A stretch of DNA of 64,000 bases from the NCBI GenBank assembly GCA_035523995.1, contig DATKPQ010000181.1:15312-79311 (forward strand). Reading direction: 5' to 3'. Source of the DNA: Acetobacteraceae bacterium (GTDB taxonomy: Bacteria > Pseudomonadota > Alphaproteobacteria > Acetobacterales > Acetobacteraceae). This document shows, piece by piece, positions 52,964 through 64,000 of this stretch (positions within the stretch are counted from its first letter, which is position 1; each line of letters begins with the position of its first letter). Made by a program: the position numbers and the translations under genes. The notes under the pieces were generated by a model, which ran no database searches, was not told where the DNA came from, and was given only the letters and a program-made list of their open reading frames with translations.

Positions 52964-53498
52964 CGGAGTGATTCGCGAGGTAGAGCAATTCCTCTACCGC
53001 GAAACGCGTCTGCTGGACGAGCGGCGCTTTCACGAATGGCTGGAATTGCTTGCGCCCGACATCCATTATTCGATGGCGGCGCGCGGTATTCGTTATCCGA
53101 AATCGAGCAAGGCGATCGCGATCCTGGATCGGTCGCGTTATGTCGAGGAGGATCCGATGGGCGAGGAAGACCTCGCTTTGTTCGATGAAACGCGGGAGTC
53201 GCTGGCGGCACGGGTCGCGCGGCTGGACACGGGCATGGCGTGGGCCGAGGACCCGCCGTCGCGGACGCGGCATTTCATCAGCAATATCGAGGTGGCGGTG
53301 GGCGAGCGCGACGGCGAAGTGCGCGCGCGGTCGAACTACATTGTGTATCGCAGCAGGGCGGAGACCGAGCAGGATTTCTATGTCGGGGCACGGGATGATG
53401 TGCTGCGGCGGTGCAACGGCGCGTGGCAGATCGCGCGGCGGCGGTTGGTGCTGGATCAGAACGTCGTGCTGGCGAAGAATCTGAGCATATTCTTCTGA
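52953..53498 (+). CDS. aromatic ring-hydroxylating dioxygenase, beta subunit
   Basis: 181 aa, SnoaL-like. [31 protein letters not shown]...RTRHFISN...YRSR. Overlaps the alpha stop by 11 nt. Confidence 0.85.
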   Translation: MPPDGVIREVEQFLYRETRLLDERRFHEWLELLAPDIHYSMAARGIRYPKSSKAIAILDRSRYVEEDPMGEEDLALFDETRESLAARVARLDTGMAWAEDPPSRTRHFISNIEVAVGERDGEVRARSNYIVYRSRAETEQDFYVGARDDVLRRCNGAWQIARRRLVLDQNVVLAKNLSIFF

Positions 53499-53533
53499 GC
53501 GCTTCCGGTTTCATCGCCAGGACCGTGATGCCG

Positions 53534-53725
53534 TGTCATCGCGAGGGCCATAGTGTCCATGTCGTTGCGAGCTGACCACCGGCGCTGTGGCCGACCCGCC
53601 CTGGATGAAACGGCACGTCGCGGACCCTGCCCGTGATGGACGGGCAGAACCCGATGGACGGGCAGGACCCGGCCAGATGCGCCACTTGATCGAGGTTGCT
53701 TCGCCGCTACGCTCCTCGCAGCGAC
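53534..53725. repeat. family A element, enlarged copy A6 (two tandem left-arm fragments, internal short direct repeat, right arm)
   Basis: gtcatcgcgag / gtcgttgcgag at 53535 and 53561; gatggacgggcag x2 near 53635-53665; right arm ggttgcttcgccgctacgctcctcgcagcgac at 53693-53724. Confidence 0.55.
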
Positions 53726-53752
53726 ATTGGCTTGCTGCCAAGGAGTTTCACA

Positions 53753-54802
53753 ATGCGCGTTTCGATGGTGCTGCCGGTGGAGGATTGGGCGGCGTGCGGA
53801 CCCGCCGCGCGCCAGGCCGAGGAGGACGGCTTCGACTGCGTTACCGCCAACGAGTTGCGGCATGATCCGTTCTCGCCACTGGCCTTCGCGGCACTGGCAA
53901 CGCAGCGCGTGGAACTGGCAACGTCGGTGGCGATCGCATTCCCGCGCAGCCCGATGATCGTGGCAAACCATGCCTGGGATCTGCACCGGCATTCGAAGGG
54001 GCGGTTCGTGGTGGGGCTGGGCAGCCAGGTGAAGGCCCATAACGAGCGGCGGTTTTCGGTGCCCTGGATCGCCCCGGCGGCACGCATGGGCGAATACGTG
54101 CAGGCGTTGCAGGCGATCTTTCGCTGCTGGGAGAACGGGGAGAAGCTCGACTACCGCGGCAGGTATTACACGTTCACGCTGATGACTCCGGAATTCTCGC
54201 CGGGGCCGCTGGGGCTGCCGATGCCGCGGATCGCGCTGGCGGCGGTGGGGCCGGTGATGCTGAAGACAGCGGCGCGCGTGGCGGACAGCGTACGGCTGCA
54301 TGGGTTCGCGACACGGCGGTATCTGGAGGAGGTGGTGCGGCCGATGCTGGCGGCGGAACTGGAGGCGGCGGGGAAGTCGTTCGATGGTTTTGAGGTAACC
54401 GGTGGTGGGTTTGTGGTAACCGGGCCGGATGAGGCTGCCGTGCGCGCGGCAGCGGAGAAGATTCGGTATCGCGTGGCGTTCTATGGATCGACGCCAGCGT
54501 ATCGCGGGGTATTCGATCTTCATGGGCTTTCGGATCTTGGCGTGCGGCTGACAGAGAAGTCGAAGCAGGGCGCCTGGAAAGAGATGGCGTCGCTGGTGTC
54601 CGACGAGGTGCTGGATCTGTTCGTGGCGCGGGCGCCGTATGAGGGGATCGCGGAGGCGATCGAACGGAGGTTCGGGGGGATTGTCGATACTTTGTCGATC
54701 GACTTTGCGCCGGGGACCGATGCGGGGACGCGACGGAGGGTGGTGGACGCAATTCATAACTTCTCCCGCGCGCGGGAGAGGTCGGCGCGCAGCGCCGGGT
54801 GA
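53753..54802 (+). CDS. LLM-class (luciferase-like) oxidoreductase, TIGR03617-like putative F420-dependent family
   Basis: MRVSMVLPV...AEEDGFDCVTANELRHDPF...ATSVAIAFPRSPM...GRFVVGLGSQVKAHNERRF... AAGGAG RBS. The last roughly 12 codons (SRARERSARSAG) are read from a repeat. Confidence 0.75.
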   Translation: MRVSMVLPVEDWAACGPAARQAEEDGFDCVTANELRHDPFSPLAFAALATQRVELATSVAIAFPRSPMIVANHAWDLHRHSKGRFVVGLGSQVKAHNERRFSVPWIAPAARMGEYVQALQAIFRCWENGEKLDYRGRYYTFTLMTPEFSPGPLGLPMPRIALAAVGPVMLKTAARVADSVRLHGFATRRYLEEVVRPMLAAELEAAGKSFDGFEVTGGGFVVTGPDEAAVRAAAEKIRYRVAFYGSTPAYRGVFDLHGLSDLGVRLTEKSKQGAWKEMASLVSDEVLDLFVARAPYEGIAEAIERRFGGIVDTLSIDFAPGTDAGTRRRVVDAIHNFSRARERSARSAG

Positions 54803-54902
54803 GGGTGATCGGGAGGGCACGTAGGCGAAAGAGCGTGCCGACCCGATTACCCTTACCCTCGCCGCCTTCGGCGCCTCGACGCCTCCCGCTTCGCGGGCGA
54901 GG
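54763..54902. repeat. composite G/C-rich palindromic repeat (family B-related) between convergent genes; possible bidirectional terminator
   Basis: Perfect 16-nt palindrome ctcccgcgcgcgggag (54763-54778). Long hairpin gggtgagggtgatcgggagggcacg / cgtgccgacccgattacccttaccc (54797-54858). Also cctcccgcttcgcgggcgagg (about 54882-54902). Confidence 0.55.
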
Positions 54903-54925
54903 TTTCCTGACGCGCGCGAGGTTTC

Positions 54926-57781
<2,856 letters not shown>

Positions 57782-57794
57782 GTTTGTCCTGCTT

Positions 57795-57809
57795 GTTCAC
57801 GGCATGTTC
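57795..57809. promoter_or_regulatory. alphaproteobacterial-type LexA (SOS) box GTTC-N7-GTTC in the uvrA-ssb divergent region
   Basis: gttc-acggcat-gttc, 14-28 nt upstream of the uvrA ATG and about 106 nt upstream of ssb. Confidence 0.6.
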
Positions 57810-57914
57810 CCGGTATATAGGCAATTTCCGAGCCGCCTGGAAGGGCTTGGTTAACCGATGGCGACTCAAGATGGGAGGGAGTAACGTCACTCCTTTAACA
57901 ACAGGGGCTCCGTC

Positions 57915-58421
57915 ATGGCGGGCAGCGTGAACAAAGTGATCCTGGTGGGCAACCTCGGCAAGGACCCGGAGGTGCGTACCACCCAGGACGGCACGAAAAT
58001 CGTCAGCCTGACGCTGGCGACAAGCGAGAACTGGACCGATCGCGCCTCCGGCGAGCGCAAGGAACGCACAGAGTGGCACCGCGTGGTCATCTTCAACGAC
58101 CGCATCGGCGAGGTGGCAGAACGTTATTTGCGCAAGGGCCGCAAGGTCTATCTGGAAGGCTCGTTACAGACCCGCAAGTGGACCGACCAGAGCGGGCAGG
58201 AACGCTACACCACCGAAGTGGTGATCGGCAGGTTCCGCGGCGAACTGGTGCTGATCGACAGCCAGCGCGGGGAGGAAGCCGGCATGGGTGAACCAAGCGG
58301 CGGTGGCTACCGTGAACGCGCGCCCGCGCCGCGCCCGGCCGCGGGTGGCGCACAGCGCAGCGGCGGGCCGTCCTGGGATGCACCAAAGGGCGGCGATCTC
58401 GATGACGAGATTCCGTTCTGA
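57915..58421 (+). CDS. ssb: single-stranded DNA-binding protein
   Basis: [21 protein letters not shown]..., OB fold, Gly/Pro-rich linker and acidic tail DLDDEIPF. Confidence 0.97.
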   Translation: MAGSVNKVILVGNLGKDPEVRTTQDGTKIVSLTLATSENWTDRASGERKERTEWHRVVIFNDRIGEVAERYLRKGRKVYLEGSLQTRKWTDQSGQERYTTEVVIGRFRGELVLIDSQRGEEAGMGEPSGGGYRERAPAPRPAAGGAQRSGGPSWDAPKGGDLDDEIPF

Positions 58422-58622
58422 TGCGCTGAGCCCCTCAGCGTCGCCGATCCCTGCCCTGAACGGTGCGCAGGTGGCCTGACCCGCCATCGGCATTGGATGA
58501 AGACACGGCGTTTGCCGAAACGCACGTTTTCGTGACGACGACAGCGCATCAGGGCTTGCGCCAAGTTATATGGAGCCTAGGTTACCTCGCGTTCATCCGT
58601 ATCGCCGCAACCTGGGTCGACC

Positions 58623-59339
58623 ATGATCCGTGGCCACCGCCTGCTGATTGGCATGCTGCTTCTGGCCACGCTCAACGTGTGGCCGGGCGTGCCGCGCGCC
58701 CAGGACACCGACCATCCCCCCGATACGATGGCAGCGCGAATGCGGGCGTGCGTACCCTGCCATGGGGTCCAGGGCCAGGGCACCAGCAACGACTATTTTC
58801 CCCGCCTGGCCGGCAAGCCAGAGCAATATCTCTTTAACCAACTCGTCGCCTTCCATCAGGGCCGGCGCCACTACGCGCCGATGAACTACCTGTTGCAGTA
58901 CCAGACCGAGAGCTACCTGCACGACATGGCAGCCTATTTCGCCGCGCAGCCGCTGCCGTCGCAACCCACTAGCCTGCCGGCGGTGGTGCACGATGTGTTG
59001 GTGCATGGACAGTCGCTGGTTGCCAAGGGCGATTACGCCCGTGGGATTCCCCCTTGTTCAGCCTGCCATGGCCAGTCGTTCAGCGGCATGCAGCCTGGGA
59101 TCCCGGGCCTGGTCGGATTGAAGCCCGATTACATCTCTGCCCAGCTCGGCGCATTTCGCTATGGCACACGGACAGCCATCGCGCCGGATTGCATGCAGCA
59201 GGTCGCGGCCCGGCTGACCGATCGCGATGTCACCGCGGTCGCCGCCTATCTCGCCTCGCTGCCCGTGACGGCGGGTACGACGCCACTGCCGGCCGGCACG
59301 CTGCGCACGCCGCTGCCGTGCGGCAGTGAGCAACAATGA
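58623..59339 (+). CDS. di-heme c-type cytochrome (c4-like), secreted
   Basis: Signal peptide. CVPCHG and CSACHG. Confidence 0.8.
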   Translation: MIRGHRLLIGMLLLATLNVWPGVPRAQDTDHPPDTMAARMRACVPCHGVQGQGTSNDYFPRLAGKPEQYLFNQLVAFHQGRRHYAPMNYLLQYQTESYLHDMAAYFAAQPLPSQPTSLPAVVHDVLVHGQSLVAKGDYARGIPPCSACHGQSFSGMQPGIPGLVGLKPDYISAQLGAFRYGTRTAIAPDCMQQVAARLTDRDVTAVAAYLASLPVTAGTTPLPAGTLRTPLPCGSEQQ

Positions 59340-60601
59340 CCCGCGCGCGGCAATGGCTCGGCCCGCTGTTGTGCGCCGCGTCGCTGCTTGCCGCACCGCC
59401 CGCGGTGCGAGCCCAGACGCCACACACCGCCACGTCTGCCGACGTGGTGCGCCAAGGTGAATACCTCGCCTATGCCGGTGACTGCGTCGCCTGCCATACC
59501 AATCCCGGCGACCGCACCTTTGCCGGCGGCCTGCCGATGCCCACCCCGTTCGGTACGCTGTATTCCAGCAATATCACGCCCGACCAGGAGACCGGCATCG
59601 GCACCTGGACCGCGGAGCAATTCTATAATGCGCTGCATGACGGGCGGTTTCCCGATGGCGGGTTGATCTATCCTGCGATGCCGTTCGGTAATTACACCAA
59701 GGTGACGCGCCAGGACTCCGATGCGATCTTCGCATATCTGCGCACGGTGCCACCGGTGCGCGCGCCTAATCGGCCGAACGACCTGCGGTTTCCCTATAAC
59801 AACCGCGAGCTGATCCTTGGCTGGCGGACATTGTTCTTTTCCGAAGGCACGTTCCAACCGGATCCGGTCCAGTCCGCGCAATGGAATCGCGGAGCGTATC
59901 TGGTGCAGGGCCTTGGGCATTGCTCCATGTGCCACACGCCGATCAACGCGCTTGGCGGCAGTTCGGAATCGCAGGCATTTCAGGGCGGGCTGATCCCGAT
60001 GCAGGATTGGTACGCGCCCTCGCTCACGTCGAATCTCGAAGCCGGGCTTGGGCAATGGAGCCTGAACGACATTGTCGCTCTGCTGCGCACCGGCGTGTCG
60101 CAGCGCGGCGCCGTGTATGGCCCGATGGCGGAAGTCGTGCACGACAGCCTGCAATATTTGAACGAGTCCGATATCCGCGCCATGGCCGTGTATTTGAAAA
60201 GCCTGGCCCCGGGCGGTGCCTCGCAGCCCCTCGCCTCTGCGCTGCCGCCGGCCGAAAGCAGCTTGCTGACGGCACTCGGCAGCACGGTCTACACGGTACA
60301 ATGCGCGGAGTGCCACGGTGCCGACGGACGCGGCATGCCGCCACAATATCCGCCGCTGGCCGGCAACCAATCGATCCAGATGCAGTCCTCGGTGAACCCG
60401 ATCCGCATGGTATTGAACGGCGGCTTTCCGCCGGCCACGGAAGGGAACCCGAAACCCTACGGCATGCCGCCCTTCGCGCAAATTCTCACCGACGATCAGG
60501 TGGCCGCCGTCGTGACGTATATTCGCACGAGCTGGGGCAATCACGGCACCCCGGTGTCCGCACGGGATGCCAACGCATTGCGGCCGGCGCCATTGGACTG
60601 A
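59336..60601 (+). CDS. tri-heme c-type cytochrome (same architecture as the cytochrome subunits of membrane-bound alcohol/gluconate dehydrogenases)
   Basis: ATGA overlap with the upstream gene. Signal peptide. CVACHT, CSMCHT, CAECHG. Confidence 0.8.
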   Translation: MTRARQWLGPLLCAASLLAAPPAVRAQTPHTATSADVVRQGEYLAYAGDCVACHTNPGDRTFAGGLPMPTPFGTLYSSNITPDQETGIGTWTAEQFYNALHDGRFPDGGLIYPAMPFGNYTKVTRQDSDAIFAYLRTVPPVRAPNRPNDLRFPYNNRELILGWRTLFFSEGTFQPDPVQSAQWNRGAYLVQGLGHCSMCHTPINALGGSSESQAFQGGLIPMQDWYAPSLTSNLEAGLGQWSLNDIVALLRTGVSQRGAVYGPMAEVVHDSLQYLNESDIRAMAVYLKSLAPGGASQPLASALPPAESSLLTALGSTVYTVQCAECHGADGRGMPPQYPPLAGNQSIQMQSSVNPIRMVLNGGFPPATEGNPKPYGMPPFAQILTDDQVAAVVTYIRTSWGNHGTPVSARDANALRPAPLD

Positions 60602-60608
60602 GGCACGC

Positions 60609-60785
60609 ATGATCAACTCCGATCTGCCGACCGGATCCGAGCCAAGCGATGCCGCCGTGCAAGCCGCCGGCCGCAGCGCCCTAAGCGGCGCATTGGTGTT
60701 GGCCGGCATCTCCAGCGTGATCGTCATCGGCCTCTGGTTCGCCTTCTATTTGTTCATCTTCGTGCCCCGCGCCATCGTCCCATGA
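60609..60785 (+). CDS. small single-TM protein, candidate oxidase subunit IIa-like component
   Basis: 58 aa with one TM helix (ALVLAGISSVIVIGLWFAFYLFIFV). ATGA overlap with the following subunit II gene. Confidence 0.5.
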   Translation: MINSDLPTGSEPSDAAVQAAGRSALSGALVLAGISSVIVIGLWFAFYLFIFVPRAIVP

Positions 60786-61339
60786 GCACATCCCACCCAC
60801 CCGATGACGATGCGACGGAACGGGCAGAGCAATACTGGGCGTTCGCAGCCGCCGTGGTGGTGGTAATGATGATCGTGCTGGCAGCGTTCGCCGGCATCCA
60901 TCAGGCGACAATGCCACAGGCCCGGGTGGAAACTGTGGACCCCACCACCCTTCACGTCGCCGGCGAGTTCATCGAAAGCAACCTGGGCAGCGCGGTAAAT
61001 CCGGACAGTTCGGTCACGGTGCGCGTGGTGGGACAGCAATATTCCTTCACGCCGCAATGCATCCTGGTGCCAACCGACACGCCGATCACCTTCCGTGCCA
61101 CCAGCGCCGACGCGATCCACGGCTTTCTCATCGACGGTACCAACGTCAACACCATGCTGGTGCCCGGCTATATCTCCGTTATCAGCACGCGCTTCGACGC
61201 ACCGGGCGAGCGACTGATGCCATGCCACGAATTCTGCGGCGTCGGGCACGAAGGCATGTGGGCCCACGTGCAGATCATCGACAAGGCCGCGTTCATGAAA
61301 CTGGCGGCAGACCGGCGGAGGCTGGACTGTGTCAAATAG
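60782..61339 (+). CDS. cytochrome c oxidase subunit II, B-family (ba3-type): single TM, CuA domain, no fused cytochrome c
   Basis: CuA ligands AIHGFLIDG ... MPCHEFCGVGHEGM. One N-terminal TM helix. Confidence 0.85.
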   Translation: MSTSHPPDDDATERAEQYWAFAAAVVVVMMIVLAAFAGIHQATMPQARVETVDPTTLHVAGEFIESNLGSAVNPDSSVTVRVVGQQYSFTPQCILVPTDTPITFRATSADAIHGFLIDGTNVNTMLVPGYISVISTRFDAPGERLMPCHEFCGVGHEGMWAHVQIIDKAAFMKLAADRRRLDCVK

Positions 61340-62954
61340 CAGAACGCTGATCCTCGCACATTTCTGGCTTGCATTCATCGGCTTCGGCGCGGCGCTATTG
61401 CTCGGCGCCTGGCAGATGTTCGTTCGCAGCCCGATGCACGCCTGGCTGCGCGATCCTGAATTGTATTATCGCTCGGTCACCGCGCACGGCACCACGATGG
61501 CCTATGTGTTTCCTACGCTGGTGGCGATGGGGTTCGGCTATTTCATCGCGGAAACCGCACTGCGCCGGCCATTGACCGGCCTGCGCTGGGCCTGGGCCGG
61601 CTTCGCCCTGGTGCTGATCGGCACTATCACCGCGGTGGTGCCGGTCGCGTTGGGCCGCGACTCCGTCCTGTACACCTTTTATCCGCCGATGGTCGGCAAC
61701 CCATTTTATTACATCGGGGTGGTCCTGGTGGTGGTCGGCTCCTGGATCTGGGTCGCGCTGATGTCGGTGAACCTGCGGCTTTGGAAACGCGCTAATCCCG
61801 GCGAGCCGGTACCGCTGGCGATGTTCGCCGCGACCGCCGGCGCCTATCTCTGGGCTTGGACGTCAGTCGGGGCCGCGATCGAATTATTGTTTTTGATCCT
61901 TCCCGTGGCGCTGGGGCTTACGACCACGATCAATGCCGGCCTGGCGCGGGTGTTCTTCTCCTGGACGCTGCACGCGATCGTCTATTTCTGGCTGATCCCG
62001 GCCTATACGGCCTACTACACCATCATTCCCCGCGCCATCGGCGGACGCTTGTTCAGCGACCAGATGGGGCGCCTGGCTTTCGCCATGTTCCTGGTCATTT
62101 CAATGCCGATCGGCATCCATCACTTGTTCATGGATCCTGAAGTCGGCGCCGGTTTCAAGTTCACGCACTCGGTCTTCACCGCCCTGGTGACGCTGCCGAC
62201 CTTCATGACCGTGTTCACAATCTGCGCGTCGGTCGCGATCGCCGGCCGCTTGCGCGGCGGCAAAGGTGTGCTGGGCTGGCTGCGCGTGCTGCCGTGGCGA
62301 AACCCGTTGATGCTTGCAGTGGCATTCTCCTTCATCATGCTTGGCTTCGGCGGCGCCGGTGGCCTGGTGAACATGAGCTACCAGCTCAATACCACCATTC
62401 ATAACACGCAATGGGTGACCGGCCATTTCCACCTGATCTTCGGCGGCGCGGTCGTCATCATGTATTTCGCCATCGCCTACGACGTCTGGCCGCATCTGAC
62501 CGGCCGTACCCTGGACAGTTTCGCGCTGATGCGGGCGCAGCTCTGGACCTGGTTTATCGGCATGATCGTGACGACGTTTCCCTGGCATTATGTCGGCATC
62601 CTGGGCATGCCACGCCGCATGGCATTCTACGACTACAGCGTTCCCCAGATCGCACCTGAAGCCCCCTACGTCGATCTCTCCGTCGTCGGCGCCGTTATCC
62701 TCGTGATCTCCGGAGTACTTTTCTTTGCCGTTCTGATCCGCGGCCAGCGCGCACTGCGCGTCGCACCGGCCGCTTATCGCTTCAGCGTCGCTGTGCATGA
62801 ACCGCTTCGTCTTCCCGCGGCGCTGAACGGGTTCGGCCTTTGGCTGGCGCTGATGATCGCGCTGACCGTGGTGAACTACGGCTTCCCGGTTGCCCATCTG
62901 ATCGCCGCACGCGGTGGTGCGGTGCCCGCGGTGATCGTCGGAGCCACGCGATGA
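61329..62954 (+). CDS. cytochrome c oxidase subunit I, B-family (ba3-type)
   Basis: 12-13 TM. His-Tyr crosslink context WTLHAIVYFWLIP, CuB pair IGIHHLF, heme ligands VTGHFHLIFGG. GTG start overlapping the subunit II stop. Confidence 0.9.
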   Translation: MSNSRTLILAHFWLAFIGFGAALLLGAWQMFVRSPMHAWLRDPELYYRSVTAHGTTMAYVFPTLVAMGFGYFIAETALRRPLTGLRWAWAGFALVLIGTITAVVPVALGRDSVLYTFYPPMVGNPFYYIGVVLVVVGSWIWVALMSVNLRLWKRANPGEPVPLAMFAATAGAYLWAWTSVGAAIELLFLILPVALGLTTTINAGLARVFFSWTLHAIVYFWLIPAYTAYYTIIPRAIGGRLFSDQMGRLAFAMFLVISMPIGIHHLFMDPEVGAGFKFTHSVFTALVTLPTFMTVFTICASVAIAGRLRGGKGVLGWLRVLPWRNPLMLAVAFSFIMLGFGGAGGLVNMSYQLNTTIHNTQWVTGHFHLIFGGAVVIMYFAIAYDVWPHLTGRTLDSFALMRAQLWTWFIGMIVTTFPWHYVGILGMPRRMAFYDYSVPQIAPEAPYVDLSVVGAVILVISGVLFFAVLIRGQRALRVAPAAYRFSVAVHEPLRLPAALNGFGLWLALMIALTVVNYGFPVAHLIAARGGAVPAVIVGATR

Positions 62955-63736
62955 GCGGCGAACCGGCCCCCAGGCGCGACCGCTGGGCGCCGACCAGCGC
63001 GACCGTGCTGGCCGCGCTGGTGGTGGTCGCTGCTGCGGCCGGCTTTGTCTGGCTGCCGCTGATCCAGCCTGGCTCCCGAGTCACCGGCATCTGGAATGCC
63101 ATCTGCACCGCCGCGGGCCTGATCTATGTTGCCCCCGCCAACCAGCCGGTCGTGCAGCCGCATTTTCCTCTGTCGCAGGTAGAGCTTGTTCCTGATCTGC
63201 TGCGCGGCACCAGCGCCGAATCGATCGGCCGAGGCGCAACCTTGGCGCTACGCTGCACCATGTGCCACGGTGCCCGCGGACTTGGTCCAGCCGATATACC
63301 CAATCTGGCTGGCCAGTATCCAATCGCGATCTACAAGCAGTTGCGGGACTTTCAGTCCGGTGCGCGGGTGAGTGCTGTGATGCAGCCGTTGGTGGCCGGG
63401 TTGTCGAACAAGGACATGCGCGATCTCGCTGCCTACTATGCCTATTTGCCGCGCCTGCCACCCTATCATCCGGCCGGCGCAGGGCCCGAAATTGTGCTAA
63501 GTGGCGCACCTGTGCGCAACGTCGCCCCCTGCGGTGCGTGCCATGGCGAACTCGCCCACAAGGAGGGTGTGCCATGGCTGGAAGGGCAGCCCGAGGCCTA
63601 TCTTGCCGCGCAGCTTAGCGCGTTTGCCGCCGGTACCCGGCATAATGATATCAACGGGCAAATGCGGAATGTGGCGCGACAGATGACGCCGACGGAGATA
63701 CAGGAAGCTGCGGCGTATTACGCCAACCGGGAGTAG
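62951..63736 (+). CDS. membrane-anchored di-heme c-type cytochrome (c4 family)
   Basis: ATGA overlap with the subunit I stop. TM anchor. CTMCHG and CGACHG. Repeated LAGQ...YL..QL..F..G.R modules. Confidence 0.8.
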   Translation: MSGEPAPRRDRWAPTSATVLAALVVVAAAAGFVWLPLIQPGSRVTGIWNAICTAAGLIYVAPANQPVVQPHFPLSQVELVPDLLRGTSAESIGRGATLALRCTMCHGARGLGPADIPNLAGQYPIAIYKQLRDFQSGARVSAVMQPLVAGLSNKDMRDLAAYYAYLPRLPPYHPAGAGPEIVLSGAPVRNVAPCGACHGELAHKEGVPWLEGQPEAYLAAQLSAFAAGTRHNDINGQMRNVARQMTPTEIQEAAAYYANRE

Positions 63737-64000
63737 GTGCTCTCTGGACTCCGGCTGGCGGAGCGCTGTCGGGCCAGAGGGATCGTGCGCTAGCGCCAGC
63801 CTTTGGACTGGCTGACTTATCGGAGCATCCAGGCACGCGCGCAGGCGGAGTAGACTTTGTGGTGAACCCTGCACGAATCGCAAAACGCCTCGCAAGTGCA
63901 TGTACCCGCCACGGCGGGCGCTCCATAGGCTGTCCGACCGCGCGACGGCGTTCATACGGTCGCAGGGCGGAAAAGTGTCTGCCGGTCAGCAGCCATTCGC

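Noticed and set aside
15441-53725. Possibility that the recurring GTCATTGCGAG elements are a CRISPR array
   Set aside because: The copies are kilobases apart and each is an inverted-repeat hairpin rather than direct repeats with regular 30-40-nt spacers. No cas genes are present.
53456-54820. 454-aa minus-strand ORF covering repeat A6 and the LLM oxidoreductase gene
   Set aside because: Pro/Arg/His-rich, reads through an intergenic repeat, and is antisense to a gene with a good RBS and LLM motifs.
58422-58622. FNR/FixK-type box or strong terminator between ssb and the cytochrome/oxidase operon
   Set aside because: There is only a weak 7-bp hairpin (cgctgag-ccc-ctcagcg) without a T-run, and an imperfect GAAAC..GTTTTC palindrome. 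No TTGAT-N4-ATCAA match was seen.
59246-60727. 493-aa minus-strand ORF antisense to the tri-heme cytochrome gene
   Set aside because: The plus strand has a signal peptide and three CxxCH motifs and is translationally coupled to its neighbours. The antisense ORF has no features.

Overview
GC-rich (about two-thirds G+C by eye, not computed) chromosomal segment that looks alphaproteobacterial. Supporting synteny: psd-pssA, rluD-rpoH, divergent uvrA/ssb with a GTTC-N7-GTTC LexA-type box, a phaR locus, and LRFARNDG/CFASLAMT-type interspersed repeats. I support about 60 protein-coding genes, one tRNA-Ser(GCU), two decayed genes, one integrase remnant and at least four families of short interspersed repeats. 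I saw no rRNA, CRISPR array, intact IS/transposase or prophage. Housekeeping genes: pssA (runs off the 5' edge), psd, sufE, comF, an ATM1-like ABC exporter, hemW, rluD, rpoH, uvrA, ssb. These alternate with accessory blocks: (a) amidohydrolase, heme-oxygenase-like di-iron enzyme and MFS next to an orphan hybrid histidine kinase; (b) a redox/efflux block with two paralogous GMC oxidoreductases, a BisC-family molybdoenzyme, a fatty-acid-hydroxylase-family protein, a DHA2 MFS and a rhodanese; (c) an HxlR-EmrA-EmrB efflux operon ending at tRNA-Ser with an eroded integrase scar; (d) the most unusual locus, 39.2-46.1 kb. This is a same-strand cassette of a NodU/CmcH carbamoyltransferase, a stand-alone amino-acid adenylation enzyme, a carrier protein, an SsuD-like flavin monooxygenase and a fused double alpha/beta-hydrolase, the last four translationally coupled. 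It has no condensation, thioesterase or ketosynthase domains; (e) a phaR / small ORF / PhaC-like locus with a repeat element inside coding sequence; (f) a Rieske dioxygenase alpha/beta plus dihydrodiol-dehydrogenase block with no electron-transfer partners; (g) a tightly coupled B-family (ba3-type) cytochrome oxidase operon embedded among three multi-heme c-type cytochromes (7 CxxCH in total). All functional calls come from reading the translations (motifs and remembered family signatures). No database search was possible. Start codons are my best choices and may be off.
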